This document shows, one piece after another, positions 1 to 7,841 of a DNA stretch of 19,151 nucleotides. Source of the DNA: an uncultured archaeon (GTDB taxonomy: Archaea; Asgardarchaeota; Lokiarchaeia; Sigyniarchaeales; SOKP01). Positions within the stretch are counted from its first letter, which is position 1. Every line of letters begins with the position of its first letter. Position numbers and translations under genes: made by a program. The stretch is taken from NCBI GenBank assembly GCA_964525635.1, contig CAZGJX010000061.1, forward strand, positions 6,297-25,447. Reading direction: 5' to 3'. The notes beneath the pieces are model-generated. The model was not told the DNA's origin, ran no database searches, and saw only the letters and a list, made by a program, of their open reading frames with translations.

Positions 1-128
1 ATATGGTCTAAATGATCTATGTGGTCAATATGGTCTAAATGATCTATGTGGTCAATATGGTCTAAATGATCTATGTGGTCAAAATGATCTAAATGATCTA
101 TGTGGTCAATATGGTCTAAATGATCTAG
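1..128 (-). repeat. Coding tandem repeat: 27-bp unit built from 9-bp subunits, encoding at least 14 [L/I/F]-D-H tripeptides
   Basis: ATATGGTCTAAATGATCTATGTGGTCA occurs at 1-27, 28-54 and 55-81, with a variant at 82-108 and a partial copy at 109-127. There are no spacers. Confidence 0.95.
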
Positions 129-257
129 ATTATCTGCTGTTTGATCCGATGTAGACATTCCAGCTAATATAAAAGATATAATAGCCATAATCAGTCCACC
201 AATAAACAAACCCAAACAAATACTTAAATATATATCATAAATATCCAAATTTTCCAC
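1..257 (-). CDS. Membrane protein with an (x-Asp-His)n tract, probable NfeD/YqiJ-like SPFH partner (3'-truncated by the window edge; absent from the ORF track)
   Basis: Manual translation from GTG at 257 gives MENLDIYDIYLSICLGLFIGGLIMAIISFILAGMSTSDQTADN-LDHLDHIDHIDHLDHFDHIDH..., open to the window edge. There is an in-frame TAA upstream at 264-266, and the start lies 21 nt after the carbonic anhydrase stop. It has one clear TM helix. The NfeD/YqiJ call is inferred from architecture and SPFH context. Confidence 0.8.
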   Translation of the reverse strand, partial: MENLDIYDIYLSICLGLFIGGLIMAIISFILAGMSTSDQTADNLDHLDHIDHIDHLDHFDHIDHLDHIDHIDHLDHIDHIDHLDH

Positions 258-278
258 CTTTATTTATTTTAACTTACC

Positions 279-1193
279 TTATTCTTTTTCTTCATTTTTA
301 TAATTTTTTAAGAGATTAAATCTTAATTTTGGTAGATTAATTTTAGGAATATTAATTTTCCATAAATTTTCTATAATGTTACTCTTTATCGCAAAAGAAT
401 TTAAATCGATACCCACTTTTTCTTGATTTTTTAATCCGTTACTATTAAAATCTTCATTATTTTTATCAACTACAGAATTATGATTTGTATTTTGGTGTAT
501 ATCTTGACTTAAATTGAGTGTCAGATTTTGTTCATTTTTAATAGTCTCTCCTGTAGTTTTTAAATAAACCGAATAGTTATTCTCTTTATTTTTAATTATA
601 CCTTTATAATTATCCATAAATTGATTAATATCCTTAAAATCCTTTAAATAATCATATTCAAAAACCCATCCTGTACTTATATCATACAACATACCTAAGA
701 TAGTAATATTATGAGAAAAAACAAACAAATTTTTTAAATTTTCAATTTGTTCCTTGATATTTTTTAGTTCATCATCAAAAAAAATAAAATCATCTTTAGA
801 CTTATAAAAGAGACTATGGATATTATCCCCATCCAAAGCAACTGTAGAATTATGAAATTGATTTTTTATAATATCTAGATCAGATTTATTTAGGTTACAA
901 TCAATATGACCCAGAATTATGATATTTTCAATCTTATATTTATTTATAGCAATTAATATTGATTTTACCATATCTATAGATAGTATATTACCAAAATTAC
1001 GTAAAATTATTACATCATCAGGATTTATTTGAAAAATTCTATTAATATCAATCCTGGTGTCTATACATGTTATTATTAAAATAGGATATTTTGGTAAGAA
1101 GGGATCTCTCTTTAATTCTTCTTTTTTTAAAGCTAATTTATGTTTAAACTGCATATTTCCTTCAATTAATACTTTTTGAATTATATTTTTCAT
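279..1193 (-). CDS. Beta-class carbonic anhydrase with a low-complexity C-terminal extension
   Basis: Zn-ligand motifs CxDxR (TCIDTR) and HxxC (GHIDC), plus RNFGN (cf. RNAGN) and GMLYDISTG. Confidence 0.9.
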   Translation of the reverse strand: MKNIIQKVLIEGNMQFKHKLALKKEELKRDPFLPKYPILIITCIDTRIDINRIFQINPDDVIILRNFGNILSIDMVKSILIAINKYKIENIIILGHIDCNLNKSDLDIIKNQFHNSTVALDGDNIHSLFYKSKDDFIFFDDELKNIKEQIENLKNLFVFSHNITILGMLYDISTGWVFEYDYLKDFKDINQFMDNYKGIIKNKENNYSVYLKTTGETIKNEQNLTLNLSQDIHQNTNHNSVVDKNNEDFNSNGLKNQEKVGIDLNSFAIKSNIIENLWKINIPKINLPKLRFNLLKNYKNEEKE

Positions 1194-1273
1194 TATAATA
1201 ATCCCTATCTATTGTTAAATTGATATTTTTTATTTTAGATAAAAAATATTTAAAATTAAATTATATTGATTCT

Positions 1274-2446
1274 CTATTTACTAGTCAGTAATTTTTTTAT
1301 CACTTGTTTTTCCTTTCCATTTCCAAAGAATTTCTTTATTTGATCTGAATATTCTGGAAGTAGTTGTAGAAATGGTAGAATAGCTTTTGATAAGGAACTA
1401 AATGCCTCATCTCCATTTCCCATTATGAACATTTTATCAGGATTTATATTCTTAAAAATCTCGGGTAAAATATTAGTCAGTTGTACAGCAAGAAATCTTT
1501 CATCAGCATTATTCATTGCTTCTACTTGTCTTAAGAATCCTTCAGCTTGAGCTAACATTTGTTGCTTGATATTCTCAGCTTCACCTTCAGCTTGGGCAAT
1601 TAATTTTTGTTTTATATGTTGTGCTTCTGCATTTGCTTCAATTATTATTTTTTGCCTTTCTCCATCTGCTTCAATTTTCTTACGCTCACGTTCTTGCTCA
1701 GCAATGGCAATTTCTTTATCTTTTCTACGTAATTCAATTTCTTTTTCAACTAATTGATCTTGGATTCCAATTTCATTTTTTACTTCAAGTTCTCTCAATT
1801 TTGAAGTTCTTTCTGCATCTGCTTTTGCTATTCTTGCTTCTCTTAACTGTTGAGCTTGCTTTACAGCTTCCATATTCTTTTTTAATTCAGGTTCTAGGAT
1901 ATTTACTTCAATAATCTCAATTGATTCAATAACAATTCCCCAATCTGAGGTTAATTGATGTAATTCTTTACTTATTTGCTTTATAATTTCAGAACGTTCT
2001 CGAATTATTTTCTCTATCTCCATATTTGCACAAGTAGTTCTTATAATCGCTTCAGCAGCCCTCCTTAAAATATTTTCAACATAATTTTCGTGTCCTGGAA
2101 CCCAAGATACTGCAGAATATGCTTTTTCAGGATCAATTACTTTCCAGATCAACATTCCTGTTATTGATATGCTTTGATATTCTTTTGAGACTACTTGTTC
2201 ATGTGCCTCTAAGTTTGTCTGAATACTAGTTGTAGGTATAACAATATATTCATCAATTAATGGTAATAACCATAAACTTCCACCTAAAGCAGCATGTTTT
2301 ACCTTACCATTTCTAAGATGTATTACGAATTGGTTTGTTCTAAATTTCCTATATCTCGTCATCATAAATACGATAAATAGGAAAAACACAATTATTCCTG
2401 TTACAATTCCTCCTACAATCCCATATTGGATTTCTTGAAAAAACAT
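1274..2446 (-). CDS. SPFH/band-7 (flotillin-like) membrane protein
   Basis: N-terminal TM helix, an SPFH core (LRRAAEAIIRTTCANMEIEKIIRER...WGIVIESIEIIEV) and an Ala/Glu-rich coiled coil (AEAQ, AEGEAE) typical of flotillins. GGAGG lies upstream at 2461-2465. Confidence 0.92.
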   Translation of the reverse strand: MFFQEIQYGIVGGIVTGIIVFFLFIVFMMTRYRKFRTNQFVIHLRNGKVKHAALGGSLWLLPLIDEYIVIPTTSIQTNLEAHEQVVSKEYQSISITGMLIWKVIDPEKAYSAVSWVPGHENYVENILRRAAEAIIRTTCANMEIEKIIRERSEIIKQISKELHQLTSDWGIVIESIEIIEVNILEPELKKNMEAVKQAQQLREARIAKADAERTSKLRELEVKNEIGIQDQLVEKEIELRRKDKEIAIAEQERERKKIEADGERQKIIIEANAEAQHIKQKLIAQAEGEAENIKQQMLAQAEGFLRQVEAMNNADERFLAVQLTNILPEIFKNINPDKMFIMGNGDEAFSSLSKAILPFLQLLPEYSDQIKKFFGNGKEKQVIKKLLTSK

Positions 2447-2587
2447 TATTTCTTTTATTTCCTCCTTTTTTTTTATTTTATTTAATTTTTCCTTATATTA
2501 CGATATATTTATTCATTTGATGTTATATCCATCAATATACTATTATATAACACATAATTTAAAGGTTTCGTTCTCTTTATTATATAT

Positions 2588-2636
2588 AGAATATAGACTT
2601 CTATATAGAAGATTTTAATATATATTTCTATATTCT
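2588..2636. promoter_or_regulatory. Candidate operator: nested palindromes in the divergent promoter region
   Basis: Perfect 14-bp palindrome CTTCTATATAGAAG (2598-2611), flanked by the inverted pair AGAATATAGA (2588-2597) / TCTATATTCT (2627-2636). The background is AT-rich. Confidence 0.35.
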
Positions 2637-2834
2637 TTTTTTCCCGATTAATTCATATTCTATAATATACAAAAATATGGGCGAAAAATAAGAGAAAATA
2701 CATATAGCTAATATAATTTTTGTCGATAATAAAATAAAGTTTATAAATTAATATGATAAAATATAAGAACATAGATCAATTATTATATAATTGAGGTAAC
2801 TTATTGATCAAAATAATCCTTATCATTTTTTAAG

Positions 2835-3590
2835 GTGATAAATATATCAAGTAAAAAGGAAAATTCTGTAGAAAAAGAAGTGGCAGAATCTAAAGATAAT
2901 AATCCCATATATGTTAAAGTATCAAATGAAACAAGAGAAATAATCGATAAATATAAAGAAGAAGGTAAAACAATTTCATATATAATTGAAGATGCTATCG
3001 ATCTTTATGATAATATTAAAAGTTTATCTCCAGAAGTGGCAGGAATTATTAACAAATATAAAGAAAAATATGGAAGCGAAGCTAAATTATTTGAAAATGC
3101 AGTTAAATTGTTAAATAAACAAGAAAATTTAGATAGATCTGAGGATATAGATCTTTGGTGTCGAGCTCGTGATGAATTACATATGATGCTTATAGGAAAA
3201 ACAACTTTTAACCAAATGTTAATGGCAGCAGAAACCCCAGAAGTAAGTCTTGATAAACCAATGAAGAAAAATATTGCGTTAGATGTCATTCTCTGGGTAA
3301 CTGGAAAACCATTGAAAGATCTTTCTTTAGAAGAGATCATTAATGCTATAAAAAAAATGTGGATTGTAGCAAATTATTTCTATTTTATTGATGTGAAAAA
3401 AATTGCCAATGATGAATTTCATTTAATATTCAAACATCATGAAAATAAAAGATATAGTAATTATTGGCTGGGTTATTTTACAGAACTATTTCTCTCGAAT
3501 GGTTTACCATTTAAATGTGGTGTTGAAGGACAAGCTTTTGATGAAACTTTATCTTTAAGTATAAAAAAATTATACAAGAAAAAATCTTAG
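2835..3590 (+). CDS. Putative ribbon-helix-helix transcriptional regulator with a C-terminal V4R/H-NOX-like ligand-binding domain
   Basis: IYVKVSNETREIIDKYKEEGKTISYIIEDAI fits an RHH strand-helix-helix pattern. The C-terminal alpha/beta segment (FHLIFKHHENKRYSNYWLGYFTELF) resembles archaeal 4VR-like domains (inference). Confidence 0.6.
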   Translation: MINISSKKENSVEKEVAESKDNNPIYVKVSNETREIIDKYKEEGKTISYIIEDAIDLYDNIKSLSPEVAGIINKYKEKYGSEAKLFENAVKLLNKQENLDRSEDIDLWCRARDELHMMLIGKTTFNQMLMAAETPEVSLDKPMKKNIALDVILWVTGKPLKDLSLEEIINAIKKMWIVANYFYFIDVKKIANDEFHLIFKHHENKRYSNYWLGYFTELFLSNGLPFKCGVEGQAFDETLSLSIKKLYKKKS

Positions 3591-3666
3591 ACTAATTTTA
3601 TACTAGGAATGAAATAGCTTTTCACAGTTTATAAAAAAATTTATAATATTTTTTATTATAATTAAT

Positions 3667-4734
3667 ATGAATTATTTTACCAAAGAAAATTTATTGTCTT
3701 CACTTGAAAAATCTACAAATTTCTTAGAATTAAAGTATAATGAAGAAAGCAGTGTAATTATATCAGAATATGGTGGAAGACCTTTAGGTATTTTTCCAAA
3801 AGAGGGATGTTACAGTCTCTTATGGATAAGCCCAAATCTTAATGATAAAATTACCAAAAGGAATCGAGAAATAGGAGGGGATAGATATTGGATTAGCCCA
3901 GAGAGGACTTTCTTTTTTAGAAAACCCAAGAGATGGAGAAAATGGTCTTGTCCAGAAGGTTTAGATCCTGCTGAATATAAAATTAAAGAACATACATCTA
4001 ATTGTTGCATACTTCATACTCCTCTTTGGATAGAAAATCATTTTTCAAAAGAAGTATATAAAGGAGAAATCATAAGATCTATAAAGCTTATTAATGAGCC
4101 TATAGCTACAGATATTAGTTATTGTGGTATTGAAATCATAGAAGATTGCACTTTAAATAAACCTAATCTTAAAGTCAATGGTTGGAATTTAGCAAATGTC
4201 ATTAGTGGAGGTCCTAATAATCCTGGAACAGTACTTATTCCCACTAAAAAAAATCCAAGACCTTTATCTTACATCAAGGATATACCTATTAATCGGTTAA
4301 ATATAATAAATAATCATGTGGAATTTAAAATAGATGTGAATAAGGTTTATAAACTTGCTATTCGTCCAGAAGATATTGATTTTTCAAATAATGCAAAAAT
4401 AGGGTATTTTCTTAAAATTCCTAATTCTGATGAATATGGATTTTTATTAAAAATATCTAATGACATCCCAACGACTCAAAATGAATGTTTTGATGTTGCA
4501 AAGAATGTACCAAATTCAGAAATTGGAGTTATTCAATCATATAATTCAAAATCGAAGAAAAAATCAAATTTAATGTATGGAGAAATTGAATTACAATTGA
4601 ATATGTTTAAAACAAAGAAAAATCAATCACATGGAATTGCAAAACATCAACTTTTAGCATATATAGGAAAAAAAAAAGAAATAATAAATGTTATAGAGAT
4701 TTATATGGGAATAAAAAACCCTGAGATTTTCTAA
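3667..4734 (+). CDS. DUF6786-like hypothetical protein (beta-rich, possibly a mutarotase-like fold)
   Basis: 355-aa ORF with the motifs SEYGGRPLG, LLWI, GGDRYWISPE and YGEIE, recalled as similar to DUF6786. Family not verified. Confidence 0.55.
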   Translation: MNYFTKENLLSSLEKSTNFLELKYNEESSVIISEYGGRPLGIFPKEGCYSLLWISPNLNDKITKRNREIGGDRYWISPERTFFFRKPKRWRKWSCPEGLDPAEYKIKEHTSNCCILHTPLWIENHFSKEVYKGEIIRSIKLINEPIATDISYCGIEIIEDCTLNKPNLKVNGWNLANVISGGPNNPGTVLIPTKKNPRPLSYIKDIPINRLNIINNHVEFKIDVNKVYKLAIRPEDIDFSNNAKIGYFLKIPNSDEYGFLLKISNDIPTTQNECFDVAKNVPNSEIGVIQSYNSKSKKKSNLMYGEIELQLNMFKTKKNQSHGIAKHQLLAYIGKKKEIINVIEIYMGIKNPEIF

Positions 4735-4779
4735 TTTTAAATATTTTTTAATCTTTATAACAATTCATTGAATTTATTA

Positions 4780-6693
4780 TTAAATTTTTAGTTTTTGTCT
4801 CCAAAATGTTATCTTGTTTGTAATTTCTTTAATTTCAGCGGGATTTAATTTATTTTGGTTATTCTTATATATTGATATACTTAAATTAATTTGTTTAAGC
4901 ACACTAGAATATCCAAATTGTTGCATTACATTTTCTTTTATATCACTTAAGACTGAGCCAACTTCAAGTCCAGTAAAATTTTCCAAATTAGTTTCTAAAT
5001 GTTCGAACTGATTTGGCAATGTATCATTTATTTTAACCTCTCTCCCTGGTTGGACAGATAATTCTTCTTCTGGTTTTGGAATTTTCTTTTTAGACTTTTT
5101 TTTTGTAGATTGAACTTCAGTTGGAATTTGGGGTGAAATTGAATTCTGATCTATTTTAATCTCTGAAGGCTTGACTAATTGTTTTCCTGTGAAAGTTGGT
5201 TCAAATGCTTGTGTCATACTTACGAGATCTAGTTTTTTACTTTGAATCCACACATCTTCTAGAATTCCTGCAAATAATTTAACATGTTCCTCTAAAATAG
5301 ATCCCATACCAGCAATCTCTACTTTAGTACCTTCGAGATTTTTCGCTACTACACATACAACCACTTCTTCAAAATCTTTATTGATTGACCATATGTTTTC
5401 TCTTGGATAATGTCTTATATTAATATTTTCATATCTTTCTATTTCTCTTAGCTTATCTTTATCATTAGGGTCGTTTAAATTAAAATTAGTCGAAATTCTC
5501 ACATTTACATGTTTAGAAACACTAGTCACAATATTTAAATCGATATCCTCTAATTTAGGGGCAATTATATGAGCACGCATTTTAATTCTAGACATTGATT
5601 CATTTATCTGTGCTTTCATTCCTTCAGGACTTCGGACAAACCAGACATCTTGGAATGAGAATAAAGGTGCTTCTTTTTCTGTTTCTAAAAATTCTTCCAT
5701 TGTTTTTTCTGACAAATCTAATTGATCAAATATATTAATTATAACATCCTGATTCAATGTTTTAAATATCTCCTGTTCAAATGAGTTTTTCAACTCTTGT
5801 ATTCCAGTTAAGACATCTTCATATATTTTCATTATTTCATTATCTAAATTTTCTAGGTTTTCCGTTAGTCCAGTTTCGATATTCGTAAAAGTATCACCTA
5901 ATCCTATTTTTATATCTCCAGCAGTATCAGAAAGTCCCCCTAATTGATTAATTACCTTATCCAACATACCTTGTGTGGTTTGAACAAACTTAAATTTAAA
6001 TGAATTCACCATCTCATTAAATTCTTTTTGCATTACTCGAGCAACGATTTTCTCAGCCATATTTTTAATAGCTCCAACTCTAAATTGAGTTTCAAATGCA
6101 TTAGAAATCTCTTTCTTAATCACCTCAACTCTACTTTCCATTTTCTCAAATTCCTTTGTAATGTCATCAGGTACAATTTCCTTTAAACTATTAATAAATA
6201 ATTTAATTTCATTAAATCGTTTAACTTTTTCTAGCTCCTCTTCATATTGTTTAAATTGAAGTTTAATTTTTTTTGGAAGTTGTTCTTTCATTGAACGGAT
6301 TGTATTTCTAAATTCTCCTAATTTCTGAATTTGTGTTGAATCTAATTCAATTGTCTGTAATCTTTCTTTTAATGATTGAGGTGCATAAGATTGAATATCT
6401 GTGACTACATCTTTAAATTGCCGAATTTGATTTAATAAAGCAGTATAAGGTGGTAAAACCATAAAATGTGGAGTTTTACCAGCAATTTCTCTTACTAGTC
6501 CTTTTTCAAGTAGATTCTTGGCTATCTTCTTTGCTCTTTCTTCAGGTAATTTAGATAAAAGAGCTATTTCTCCTGCCGTTACTGGACCTCGATTAGTTAT
6601 ACTAAAATAGATATCAATCTCATCTTGGGCTAAACCTAATTTTTCCAATACTCTTTTAGTTGAAGATTTATCTGATTCACTCATTATTATCAC
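4780..6693 (-). CDS. TrmB-type HTH protein with a long helical/coiled-coil middle region and a PLD-like (TrmB effector) domain
   Basis: N-terminal LEKLGLAQDEIDIYFSI...GPVTAGEIA...LLEKGLV...LPP is a TrmB wHTH. The C-terminal RAHIIAP...VRISTN...IRHY...SINKDFEEVVV...EDVW segment looks like a PLD fold lacking the HKD His. An alternative ATG start lies at 6684. Confidence 0.8.
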   Translation of the reverse strand: MIIMSESDKSSTKRVLEKLGLAQDEIDIYFSITNRGPVTAGEIALLSKLPEERAKKIAKNLLEKGLVREIAGKTPHFMVLPPYTALLNQIRQFKDVVTDIQSYAPQSLKERLQTIELDSTQIQKLGEFRNTIRSMKEQLPKKIKLQFKQYEEELEKVKRFNEIKLFINSLKEIVPDDITKEFEKMESRVEVIKKEISNAFETQFRVGAIKNMAEKIVARVMQKEFNEMVNSFKFKFVQTTQGMLDKVINQLGGLSDTAGDIKIGLGDTFTNIETGLTENLENLDNEIMKIYEDVLTGIQELKNSFEQEIFKTLNQDVIINIFDQLDLSEKTMEEFLETEKEAPLFSFQDVWFVRSPEGMKAQINESMSRIKMRAHIIAPKLEDIDLNIVTSVSKHVNVRISTNFNLNDPNDKDKLREIERYENINIRHYPRENIWSINKDFEEVVVCVVAKNLEGTKVEIAGMGSILEEHVKLFAGILEDVWIQSKKLDLVSMTQAFEPTFTGKQLVKPSEIKIDQNSISPQIPTEVQSTKKKSKKKIPKPEEELSVQPGREVKINDTLPNQFEHLETNLENFTGLEVGSVLSDIKENVMQQFGYSSVLKQINLSISIYKNNQNKLNPAEIKEITNKITFWRQKLKI

Positions 6694-6713
6694 TTTTATA
6701 ATTTATTAAAAAA

Positions 6714-7841
6714 CTATTTTGGATAGGTATTTTCAAGAATATCTAGATGTTTAACAGCAATTTCTCTTCTTAAATCTCCTAAAACAAAATCTTTTCTGAT
6801 ATTTTCAATTAGATATTCTGGATAGAATTTCTTAACTAAAATGTCTGAAAGTAAAAATACCCATTTTACATTATTATCATCTTCAATTATGGTTATAATT
6901 TTATCTTGCTCTAACTTGGAAAATATATCCTCAAATTTTCTTGCTACTTGTCCTGTTCCTTTAGGAAGTTTGCTCAACGGATATGGTTTATCTCGTAGAA
7001 GTGCGATATAATCATAAGTATCTGGATTTATCATATGAGATGCAATTTTATAATTATCTTCAAAAGAGGGTGCATATCCTTCATAAAACTCCTTTATTTT
7101 TTTAAGATAAAGTTTTCCTAAATAATTCGATGGCTTTCCATCTTTAGCCTCATCAATTAATTTATCAGGGTGAGAGCGTAGAATAGTAAAATCATTTTGA
7201 AGAAAGATATGAACATCTGTACTTTTTTCAACCCAATCTTGTTTAATTAAATCTGCTTTGATAAATGGTTCTAGTGTTAACTCAAGATTTGTAACAATTT
7301 TTTTTATTTGTTCTTCTAAATGACTTTGTAATTCTTTTCTTGACATAGCTCTCGTTTGTAAAATTTCCAAGATTTTTCTTGTTTTTTCTCCAGTGTATAT
7401 CTGTGCCATTTTTTGTTCTTTTGTTAGATTTTTTAATCTTTCCAACAAAATAAGAGACTCCCTAAGATATACTTTTAATTCTTTTATAAGATCAGGTGCT
7501 TTATACATATCTCGATCCATTTCTAATAAATACTTTAGGATAGCATAATAAATATCTCGAATTACTTTTTCTCCATACATTTCAGGATCTTCACCTAATT
7601 CTAACATTAAATTTATCATATAGGGATTAGGTGAGTCAATTCCTGTAAAATAACTTGAGACATTTGACTGTGCTTTCTCTAATCGAACAACAACATAACC
7701 CGCTTCTCCTGCTCCTGTAATATGAGCATAAAAAATTCTCATCATATCATCCAAATCAACTGAAATGTTTTCTGGATATTTTAAATGAACCACTAAACCA
7801 CGATCTTCTGTCCATTTCGTTATTATAAAACCTTTTGACAT
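6714..7841 (-). CDS. Longin/uDENN-like N-terminal domain plus winged-helix domains (Asgard-type protein)
   Basis: The N-terminus GFIITKWTEDRGLVVHLKYPE matches the longin/uDENN start pattern (strand, D..G, strand, YP). There are two wHTH-like segments (KILEILQTRAMSRKELQSHL...LEPFIKADLI; IALLRDKPYPLSKL...KLEQDKII). GGAGG precedes the ATG. Confidence 0.6.
   Translation of the reverse strand: MSKGFIITKWTEDRGLVVHLKYPENISVDLDDMMRIFYAHITGAGEAGYVVVRLEKAQSNVSSYFTGIDSPNPYMINLMLELGEDPEMYGEKVIRDIYYAILKYLLEMDRDMYKAPDLIKELKVYLRESLILLERLKNLTKEQKMAQIYTGEKTRKILEILQTRAMSRKELQSHLEEQIKKIVTNLELTLEPFIKADLIKQDWVEKSTDVHIFLQNDFTILRSHPDKLIDEAKDGKPSNYLGKLYLKKIKEFYEGYAPSFEDNYKIASHMINPDTYDYIALLRDKPYPLSKLPKGTGQVARKFEDIFSKLEQDKIITIIEDDNNVKWVFLLSDILVKKFYPEYLIENIRKDFVLGDLRREIAVKHLDILENTYPK

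Noticed and set aside
1-127. 27-bp repeats as a CRISPR array or telomere-like repeat
   Set aside because: There are no spacers, and the repeats translate in frame as xDH tripeptides within a TM-containing ORF.
1566-1914. Plus-strand ORFs of 63 aa and 97 aa
   Set aside because: They are antisense shadows of the well-supported SPFH gene.
3005-5011. Short ORFs 3005-3340(-), 3810-4010(-) and 4814-5011(+)
   Set aside because: They lie fully antisense to longer genes with coherent motifs and have no motifs of their own.
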